DNA of 64,000 nt from Octopus sinensis (taxonomy: Eukaryota), in contig NC_043006.1 in assembly GCF_006345805.1 (NCBI RefSeq), forward strand, positions 38,564,001-38,628,000. Direction: 5' to 3'. Within the stretch, counting starts at the first letter, position 1. Each line of letters starts with the position of its first letter. This document shows, in pieces, positions 53,990 through 64,000 of the stretch. Position numbers and translations under genes: made by a program. The notes under the pieces are model-generated. The model was not told where the DNA came from and did not search any database. It worked only from the letters and a program-made list of their open reading frames with translations.

Positions 53990-54275
53990 CAAGACAGTGC
54001 CACCTGACTGGCTCCTGTGTTGGTGGCATGTAAAAAGCACCATTCAAGTATGGGCAATACCAGTACTGCATGACTGACCCCTGTGCCGGTGGCATGTAAA
54101 ACGCACCCACTACGCTTTCAGATTGGTTAGGGCATTTGGAAGGGCATCCAGCTGTAGAAGCCTTGCTAGATCAAATTGGATCCTGGTGTAGCCTACTGGC
54201 TTGCCAGTCCTCAGTCAAACCATCCAACCCATGCCAGCATGGAAATCAGACGTTAAACTATGATGATGATGATGA
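53990..54275 (+). mobile_element. RTE LINE tail with two 66-bp units
   Basis: Standard tail ending (GAT)n. Confidence 0.75.
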
Positions 54276-54336
54276 ATTGTGACTTTTAAAAAATATTCAT
54301 AAAGTATGCCATATAGATAAAAGTTTTAATCTGGAG

Positions 54337-54660
54337 CAATGTTTCCCAACCTATTTTCCCCTAGGCCCCACTATAACTTTCCAGGAAAATATATGTCCCA
54401 CTGGTGGTTGGAAAAAAACCTTTATTTTTAATATTTTTTTAATAATTATTAAATACAAGACAATCTACAAGTAACTGCTTTTATTAAGTACTGAGTACAA
54501 AAATGGAAGTACATTATTGACTAAGAAAGAATGAAAAAGAAAAAGATTTTCACAATTCCATGTCTTATTAAAAAGAAGAGAAAAAAATTGGATCCCTTAC
54601 CCCACTACAATTTTTCCAGGCTCCCCTGGTGGGGCATATGCCCCACGTTGGGAACCACTG
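54337..54660. mobile_element. hAT-type MITE
   Basis: TIRs caatgtttcccaac / gttgggaaccactg; 8-bp TSD atctggag / atctagag. Confidence 0.8.
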
Positions 54661-55548
54661 ATCTAGAGCTACTTCTACTGGTAAATTTTGAAGATGTGTG
54701 TGTGTTTGTGTATTGTGTGTGTACGTGTGTGTGTAGTGTGTGTACATGTAGGAGAGCTAGGAAGAAAGGGATATATATAGGGAGAGTTTACGAAAAAAAC
54801 AAAAGACGAAGACAGGTGGTGTACAAAACAAACAGGTGTATTAAGTATAACACTCAGATATATATATGCATACACACACACGCACACACACATACATACT
54901 CAATTGGCTTTTACACAGTTTCTGTCACCAGAATTCCCAGACAAGGCATTGGTCAGCCCAGGGCTATAATAGGAGTCACTTGACCAAGGTGCTTCAAACT
55001 CCACAGCTGCAAAGCAAACTACTTAACCACACAGCCATGCCTGCTCTATCTGAATTTGTATGTGAATGTGTGTGACTGTGTATGAAATCTCTCACCCGCA
55101 AAATATTATTGCTTTTGTAACAAGAGTAGTGGAGATATGTGTGTGTGTGTGTGTGTGAGGGGTGATAGCTCCCCCACCACCTCCATCAGCCAAAATACTA
55201 ATAAAAGGAACACAAATAAAATAATATCAAATATTCCCCACCCCGCCAGTATTAACATTGACAATAACAACAAGAGTAATGAAATGATGTGAAGTGATGA
55301 GTGTTTGCTGAGAAAAATCTTCTGTATTATTTCTAGCTGGCTGTGTGCATAAAATGTATGTAGAACGGTTCACAGAAACCAAATACAATGATGCAGAGAC
55401 TAAAATTCTATAGAAAGCCGTCTTTTTATCTGGTGTAACTAAGGGGAATTCAACTGTTAGATGCTTCCAGTCCGATACTGGCTGGCCAGTGAGTTTTGCT
55501 CTTTTTCTCTTTCACCTGATTCTTCTTTTCCTCCCCCTCATCTTCTTC

Positions 55549-56172
55549 CACAAAATTTGGTACAACCATTTTTCAATATTACTATCCATATGTGTGTATA
55601 GGAATATAAGAATATGCACACACACACACACTCTTCCACACGCATACTTACAAACACACACATATCGTCTTGTACCCTGAGGTACATCCTGACACCTCGT
55701 CACCATCATCTTCCCTCCTTTTTCCAGCTGAGGTGCCATGCATCCGTTCCGCATCAAGACACCAGTTCTTATCTATTTGTCAAATTTTTGCCTCTCAACA
55801 CTTGGTATAAGCCATTTTCCTTAACACAACCCCATCCTCTATTTACGGGTCTTGTCTTGCAGGGTAGTTGGTGACCTCACTAGTTCTGGTTACACAAAAT
55901 TTGGTACAACCATTTTTCAATAGTACTATCCAGATGTATGTGCACACACACATATTGTCTTGTCCCCTGAGGTACATCCTGACACCTCGTCACCATCATC
56001 TTCACTCCTTTTCTCAACTGAGTTGCCATGTATGTGTTCTACATCAAGGCACCAGTTCTTGTCCCTTTATCATATTCTTGCCTCCCAACACTTGGCATAA
56101 GCCATCTCCCTTAACACAACCCCATTCTCTGTTTACGGGTCATGTCGTGCAGGGTAGTTCTGGTTACACAAA
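55549..56172. repeat. diverged tandem duplication, period about 344 bp
   Basis: caaaatttggtacaaccatttttcaata at 55551 and 55895; shared ctgaggtacatcctgacacctcgtcaccatcatctt. Confidence 0.9.
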
Positions 56173-56257
56173 AAGTCATCCAGTACACGTAAACATAGGT
56201 TACAGTTTGCTTGAATTGAAAATAGTTGAAGAATTCTAGATTTAATTATATGCTGGA

Positions 56258-56649
56258 CTAGCAGTATCGCCCGGCGTTGCTCGGGTTGTAAGGGAAATAA
56301 CTATATAAGCATTTTTAGAGAGTTATAGCCAAAAAATAGCAAAAAAAATGCATTAAAAATTGAAAAAAATTAAGGTAAATTTTTTTTAAATCGTTGACAC
56401 ATCGTAGATATTTTTAGAGAGTTACTTCCCTTATATAAAAGCGAAAAAAATGCATTAAAATGGAAAAATATGATGGCAAATTTTTTTTAAATCGTAGACT
56501 CATCGTAGACGCGCGCTAATACCCAGAAGGGCTCGATATGAATCACGACTATAAGATACCCGCTTTTGGTTAAACTGCACCGCAAAATGTGGGAGTATTA
56601 CGAATGTAATCGAAGGGGACAGACACACAACTTCACTCTTATATAAAGA
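56258..56649 (-). mobile_element. non-autonomous Helitron (H4), H1-like
   Basis: A|TC...CTAG|T on the minus strand. Confidence 0.85.
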
Positions 56650-56976
56650 TGCTTTTTTTTTTCAGTCATAGAGTTAGATTTATGAAGGTCTTCAGTAGAA
56701 AATCCTTCGAATTCTGACTCGCTGCTTGATATAATGAAATTCGTATCCATTTTTGTCAGAATTACAAATTTTGAAAACACAATAGGAACAAATTTCGGAA
56801 AAAAAAACTCCCATAATTCACGGAATTAAAATTACACTTCGATTTTTGTACAAAACTGTATTTGAAGTGTTTACGAAGTATAATACGTGTTTTCACGAAT
56901 GTACTAAAGAGATTTACTCTGATATTCTCATTTAAATATGAATAGGTAAATTCGGACGGTTTGGTAACGAAAGGGT
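56650..56976 (-). mobile_element. possible piggyBac-type left end, interrupted by H4
   Basis: TIR-like ccctttcgttacc; short acidic peptide MDTNFIISSSESEFEGFSTEDL resembling transposase N-termini. Confidence 0.35.
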
Positions 56977-57521
56977 TTATATAAGTGTCGTCTGTTTATA
57001 CATAAACACTGTTTCATAGTTTCAGTTTAGTCTTCCTCAAATCACTGTCGCTAATTTACTCTCTTCCAAGAACATTTTCACTCACTGTTATCTGTTAGCT
57101 TCCCATACATTTTACTCATGTATCTATCAGCGTGATAGACAGAAACAAATATTACATTTACTTTCATTTTATTCGTTGCCCACTGTGTGTGTGCGTTTGC
57201 GTGTGGTGTAAACCAGACTAAGAAAAGCATTTGACACACACACCAGAATGTGAGTTTTCTGTAAATTTTGCTTAATTGGAGTTTAAATTTTAAAAACTGG
57301 ACCTGGCATGACACGATGCATTGTACTCTTAAAAATGCAAGGTAAATTGTAATTGAAGAAATCCTATATTGTAGATTTCTATAATCCCAAAGGGAGGCAG
57401 ATAAAATCTGCCTTTTATAATAAGAGATATATGTATTTTCTATTCCTGAGCGTTATACTAATACATTTGTTTGTTTGTACACAACCTGCCTTCGTCTTTT
57501 GTTTATTTTCATAAACTTTCC

Positions 57522-57558
<37 letters not shown>

Positions 57559-57584
57559 TATGCTTTGCTTGAGAAGACTTGTTG

Positions 57585-58000
57585 TTGTGGCTGATGTCAG
57601 TGCCAAATAAAAAGCACCATTTGAGCGTGGCTGATGTCAGTGCTGGTGACATGCAAAAAGCACCCATTACACTCTTGGAGTGGTTGCCAGAACAGATTGG
57701 AGCCTGGTGCAGCCTCCGGGCTTGCCAGTCCTCAGTCAAACCGTCCAACCCATGCCAGCATGGAAAGTGGACGTTAAACGATGATGATGATGATGATATA
57801 TATGTGTGTGTGTGTTGTGTGTTTGTTTCCTTACCACCGCTTGACAACCGGTGTTTGCATGTATGCATCCATGTAACTTAGCAGTTCTGCAAAAGAGACT
57901 GATAGAATCAGTACCAGGCTTAATACAAAAAAGTACTAAAAATTCTTCAAGACAGTGCCCCAGCTTGGCCACAGTCCAACGACTGAAACAAGTATCAGAT
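57585..58000 (+). mobile_element. RTE tail (57585-57795) and SINE-A tail
   Basis: Diagnostic motifs. Confidence 0.7.
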
Positions 58001-58504
58001 AAAAGAGTGTTATATTTAAAATAAATCCTATTCCTAAATGTAGTGATGTGTGTGAGGATGGAGAGGTTGAACACAGCCAGCTGGGATGCATTCCTCTGGC
58101 TGGAATATTTACTCAGCATCTCTTGTCAAAGCATCTACAAAAAAAAAAGCTCTTTTCTTGAGAATTTGCTTCCTTCCTTTCTGTTGTCCACCAAATTCCA
58201 TCAAGAATATCTTTACATGCATCACACCCATCTTCTTCACACACACACACATACATACACACATGGATTCATACAAACATACATACACATTCATACATAC
58301 ATACATATATTCATACACACATACATATACATACATACATACATACACATACATATGTACATACACATACGCACATACACATACACACACACATACATAC
58401 ACATACACACACTACATACATACATACATACATACATACATCATACATACATACATACATACATACATACATACATGTGTGCGCAAGTATCTTTTATCTT
58501 TTGC

Positions 58505-58880
58505 ACGTTATCTGGGGCACCACCTTGAAAAAATTTAGTGGAATAAATCGATCTGTTTTTATGTTTTTGTAAAACCTGGTACCTATTCTATTGGTTTTTT
58601 TTTTGCCGAACTGCTAAGTTAGAGGACGTAAACACACCGTCACCGGTTGTCAAATGGTGGGGGGGGGGGGACACAGACACAAAGACACACATACTCATAC
58701 ACTCATGCGTGTGTATGTGTGTAATGGTCTGCTTTCAGTTTCCATCTACCAAATACACTCACAAGGGTTTGGTTGGCCCGAGACTATAGTAAAAGGCATG
58801 TGTCCAAGGTGTCACGCAGTGGGACTGAACCGGAACCATGTGGTTGGGAAGCAAACTTCCGATCATGCAGCTACACCTGC
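58505..58880 (-). mobile_element. SINE family A
   Basis: Reverse copy. Confidence 0.75.
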
Positions 58881-60366
58881 GCCTTACGTATCCTTTTCAA
58901 TGTTTGCTAGATCTTATTAATAAAGAAAATAAAGCCGAAAGCTATGCCCTGAGAGAATAAATTTAGATATAGTGGAAGATATACAAGAGAGAAAAGCAGT
59001 CAAATTGATAGAAGAGGAGGCATAAGAGAGAATAACGATAATGAAAGTAGAAGATAAATAATAATGATAAACAGACGTGGTATGGTGTGAGATGGTGAAG
59101 GAATCTAAATAGGTTTAGCTGAGAAAACTGAAGGCGAAGCATGAAAAGAAAACAATGATAGAAAGATTAAGAATGTAGGAAAAAAAGTAGGCGAACGAGG
59201 TAGGTGGCGTGTGGACGAGTGAGACATGAAAAGTCGGAGGTCAATGACATCTGAACAGTGAAACTGGGGAGAAAGAGGAATGGGTGTGTTTAAGCGACAG
59301 AGGGGGAGGCAGTGGTGTATCAGTATTAAGAGGACAGCTGGAGAAAAGAGATGGTTGTTTGCGACACCAAGTGAATGAAGAAATTGAGTGAGCACTGAAG
59401 AATGTGACTCGTTTTTGTGAGTCTAATTCTTCTGTTTGCTTATAATGTTAAAAACGAATGAGTATGAGCCAATTTAAGCGTTTATGTGCGCTCCCTTAGT
59501 ATACTAGAAATGGCAACCAAACATACCGCAAATCACACCCTTAAATATGAACACGTTTTGTAAAATATGGTCTTCGATACAGAATTTCATAGACCAGACT
59601 GAAACAACCTCCAAATTATAGGTATTATCCGTAGCATAGCTAGTGGGGTGAGCGAGGGGACAGTCCACTCCGGACGATGACTTTATGGAGCCGGCATTTT
59701 GGGGGTTTGCTACAGGGTTGACAAACTTAAAGAATGCCTTGGGCAGCACACAATCAGGCTATGCCACGGTAGGTATTATTGGTATAAGGCTTTTTTGGAT
59801 GACAAACTTTTATATAGCCTAATTTTTGTTATGTGATGGAAATCTGATTTTCCTTAGTATTTAGAGCTTATGTATCTATTTTTTATAATAGGAAATTAAA
59901 ATCTATATGAAATGGGATGGGAAGAAAACTATAAACTTCTAATTTTAAAACATATTCTGGATCCTGAGATTAAGTGTTTTTAATCTCGGAATCCCAAGAT
60001 AAGAAAAATGTCTTTAACTTGACAGAGCTATTACGATGTAGGTATATCACGCAGTCGCTAGACCATTGGTAAAGACCCACAACGCTAGATTTAGACTGAG
60101 CTATGCACATCAAATGTTTGTTAGTTTGTATTCGAGTTGTACATGGCAGAGTTAGAACTTCTTATAGATTTCAACATTTTGAGTATTTTTTTTCTTAGAA
60201 TCCAAGTTTTTCATCTCTAACTGGGACATTTTGGGATGTTTCAATATCAAACGGTATATTTGCTAACCGGGCTGGACACACGGGACAGGGCCTTCAAACC
60301 TGGACGTATGATAGACCTATACATACATGTATGCACGCACACACACAAACACACACATATAGGATA

Positions 60367-60748
60367 CTAGCAGTATCGCCCGGCGTTGCTCAGGTTTGTA
60401 AGGGAAATAACTATAAGCATTTTTAGAGAGTTATAGCCACAAAATAGCAAAAAAATGGAAAAAAATGATGGTAAATTTTTTTTGAGTAAAAAAAAGGTGG
60501 AGTTGCGTCCCCTAGACAGTTTGCGGTTTGTGTTTCTGATTCTCGACCCCATGTCGAATTTATCGATTTTTTTCAGAACTGGGTGAACTTTTCAAAATTT
60601 TCGCTGCGTTAGTTTTGAATTATGACATTGGGCTATGTGTGTGTCAAGTTTCATCAGAATCGGTTGAAAGCCGTGGTCAGGGTGAGGGTACAAGCAAACA
60701 GACACACAGAAACACGCACAGACAAACTGCCGTTTATATAAAGAGAGA
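60367..60748 (-). mobile_element. Helitron (H5): shared 3' about 130 bp, different 5' part
   Basis: A|TCtctctttatataaac ... cctgagcaacgccgggcgatactgCTAG|T. Confidence 0.75.
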
Positions 60749-62759
60749 TGACGGCACTTCCTACTATTTACTCAACCATGAATTAAATTTGGAACCTGTT
60801 GACTAGCAGACCAAGGCCAATATTTCTTACTCAAAAAGTCTGTAGTGTTGTTAAAGATGGAATCTCTGGTTACATTCTGTGGAGAAGACACTGTAAGCAA
60901 GCAAGAAATGACAATCATCTTAACTAGAGGAGGATTATAAGGAAGGAATTCAGGGCAATAACTTAATCAGGAATCAAAGCCATGCTGCAAATATAACTTT
61001 CTAGAATCATATGGATACTCCACAGCAGTAATATAAAGGAATTATTATTGAGTATATCATTTGCATATCCGTCTTCATATCTTCATGGTATTTCAAATGC
61101 TATTTTGGCATTGCTAATATATGAGAGGTTTCATTGATGGATCATTGGAGATTGTGAGAGATCAAGGGTTTGTTGAAATGTTCAAGATTTTAGTTTTGTA
61201 TTGTTCATATAAAAGGAGGAGAATGTGTCATTGAAATGTTGAAGGAGACTAGCTAGTTAAAATTCCATTGAAGGTTGTTTTGTAGAATAAAATATAGTCA
61301 AATGACCAACAAGATTGATTACATAATCCACTGAAATATGAGCAATGTAACTCAAACAAGAAGCATCAGATTGATTTGCTATCTGAAATAGAAATTTAAT
61401 GGTGAAAGACATCTTTAAAGTCAAATGGTGTCAGAACAGTTAACTGAATGGGAGACCTCTGCATAAAACTATAAAGTAAGCATTATTTGGAAAAACAAAC
61501 AGACTGGGATTTTCTTCTTCTCGTATGAAGTGGAAAATAGAAAGAATATTTAGCCATAAAACATTAGCATTTCAATGAATAAAATAGCCATGAATAAATG
61601 AATAAATAGCCCTTGGAAAAAAAATTGCGATCCACCACAACCTAACAACAGTCTGAAAACTAAGACAAAATAAAGTAAAAATAGAAATGGAAAAAAAAAT
61701 TGAGATAAGAGGAGATTATGTTACATAACTCAATCCAGAGTTCTTTAGAAGCAACAACTCAGAACCTGATCACAGTAATATGATATCAAATCACCATTGA
61801 AATTCTGCAGATAACAGGATTGATATCCAATGGAAATTGAGGTTAGTGCAGGATCAGATCCTTATGTCAAAATATAGTTTCTAATTTATTCATTGGAATG
61901 GCCTTTCATACTTATTTTCTAACCATGTCTTGTCTGATATCAAATGTTTCCTGAGTGCAATGAATGAATTGTGTGGTATCTAATATATAATGATATTATT
62001 TTTCAAACTTTTACACAAAGATATCTGATGTGCATCAAGTTGCTTTACGTGTATCAAAATAAATAATCTCATCTTCTTTTGGCATAACATTACAATGTAT
62101 TGATTTCTCATCAAAATATCATCATCGAATGTGCACAGCGACTTTACTTGAAATGGAAATTTAGCTAAGACTGTCTTGGAATGGATTTTTGACTCTTGAG
62201 ATTTAAATAAAAGATTCAGGAAAGATAAAGTAGAATACTTATGCATATGTGTATATATGAATGTATGTATATGTTTATGCGTGTATGTATCTATGTATGT
62301 ATGTATGTGAGCATGGTTAACACGTTAAATACCATCCTAAAAAATATGTAGAGTTAAATGATGTGGTACTACACAAAGTCATTATCATACCAGAAACAGA
62401 TATGTGAGCTTGATAGGCTACTTTTAAAAGATACAAACACAAATGAATGCTTCATATCCTCCTCAAATGGCTAAAACAATATCAAGGGAATTACTGTCAC
62501 ATTTTCCATGCATTTAATAACTTAAGATAACTTCACACAATGCTACGTTACAAACTGAGATCAAAAGTTGTGAAATAATTGGAAAACAAGTTTAATTTAG
62601 ATCTAACATGAAATTATAGAATTGGTTAAACTAATAAACTATAATCAAAAGTTACTCGGGCCTAGTTCACTATTAATTTTGTTGAATTTAGCAGAAGTGA
62701 AAAGAAAGGTTAGAAGAGGTTATGCATGGCATGTGTGTGCAGGGTGTGGCTTTTGCCCT

Positions 62760-63160
62760 TCACAGTGGAGCGACTGTGCGGTAAGAAGTTTGCTTCCCAC
62801 CCACGTGGTTCCAGGTTCAGTCTCACTTTGTGGTATCTTGAGCAAGTATTTTCTACTATAGCTCTGGGCCAACAAAAGCCATGTGAGTGGATTTGGTAGA
62901 TGGAAACTGAAAGAAGCCTGTCGTGTATATATATGTATATGTATTTATATAGTTTTGTATATAAAAGTGGTGAGCTGGCAGAAGTGTTAGCACGCCGGGC
63001 GAAATGCTTAGCAGTGTTTCATCTGCCGTTATGTTCTGAGTTCAAATTCCACCAGGGTCGACTTTGCCTTTCATCCTTTTGGGGTTGATTGAATACAGTT
63101 AAGCACTGGGGTCGATGTGATTGACTTAATCCCTTTGTCTGTCCTTGTTTGTCCCCATGT
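62760..63160 (+). mobile_element. SINE-A head followed by SINE-B
   Basis: Diagnostic motifs. Confidence 0.75.
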
Positions 63161-63330
63161 GAGCATAGGAATGTGGACTTAAAATGCTGCTACTGCTGCT
63201 GATGATGATGATTGTGATTATGATGGTGGTGGTGGTGACGGTGGTGATTGCAATGATGGTGATGATTATGGTGATGATGATGAAGATGATGCTGATATGA
63301 CTTGTTATCCTCTCCTATATATATGTATAA

Positions 63331-63392
<62 letters not shown>

Positions 63393-63394
63393 GC

Positions 63395-64000
63395 AAGCTG
63401 CACAAGGTATTTGAGGACATACCTTTTTGGGGTCATTGCTGCATTTTTTGCTAACTCTGTATAAACTTTGTTTCAGGAAATAATAATGGCAGACCCTCAG
63501 CTTGCTCAAGAAATGAAGAGGCCTGCTGTTATTGTGGTTATAAAGGCTGAGCATAGTGGTTTAGAAATATCTCAATTTTTAAATGGTGCCAGGTCGTTTG
63601 TCTACAAAGTTTGTAAGGAGCTAGAGATTGAAGATAGAAATGTATCACCTGTATCAATGCATAAAAAGTATTCTAAATGCTCTGAAACCATCAGAACGCA
63701 TGCATTTATCCAGCAAGTTCAACAGACCATTGATTACAATCCAGAAAGTCCATGAGGTCAATTGCAAAAGATCTCCATATGTCAGAAGGAACAGTCAGAA
63801 ATGTTGTCCACAAAGACATCAGATGTAAGTTTTATATGATGAGGAAGGGTCAATTTTTCAGAAAAGCAAAAGAAAATCTCTACATCGGATCTAAAAGTCT
63901 CTTAAACAAATTGAAAAATACAGCAGAAGAAGATCTGATTTGGTTTTTCTCAAACAAGAAAAACTTCAACCAGGATCAAAAAGTTAACAGGAGAAATGAC
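63395..64000 (+). pseudogene. Tc1/mariner-superfamily transposase, frameshifted, runs off the window
   Basis: EISQFLNGARSFVYKV (HTH), RT..FIQQVQQTID.NP, then MRSIAKDLHMSEGTVRNVVHKDI... and WFFSNKKNF, where the catalytic SDEK motif has decayed. Confidence 0.8.

Noticed and set aside
60900-62250. Unique-looking 1.3 kb with several 40-90 codon open frames
   Set aside because: No recognisable motif or consistent splice signals; cannot be supported without homology data.

Overview
AT-rich, microsatellite-saturated animal DNA. The repeat content (tRNA-derived SINEs, RTE LINE tails ending in (GAT)n, (TA)n/(CA)n/(AAT)n everywhere) looks like an octopod (Octopus) intron or intergenic region; the species call is recognition, not proof. 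The only long real ORF is a 5'-truncated RTE-clade LINE reverse transcriptase (26828-29200), which has a PHD-like Cys/His finger inserted inside the RT. The rest is SINEs, RTE tails, two R4/Dong-like REL-endonuclease 3' ends inside an (AAT)n array, six non-autonomous Helitrons, mariner/Tc1/hAT/piggyBac fossils and MITEs. No host gene could be identified; four weak minus-strand exon candidates are noted. Nearly all ORFs in the supplied track are translated microsatellites. The most striking structure is a set of about seven unrelated foldback (inverted-repeat) elements. Four of them carry minimal type I hammerhead-ribozyme motifs (intact or decayed) in both arms in head-to-head orientation, and a fifth has one just beside it, as expected for Penelope-like/retrozyme sequences. 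One of these is a tRNA-headed, hammerhead-tailed composite joined head-to-head across a single nucleotide.
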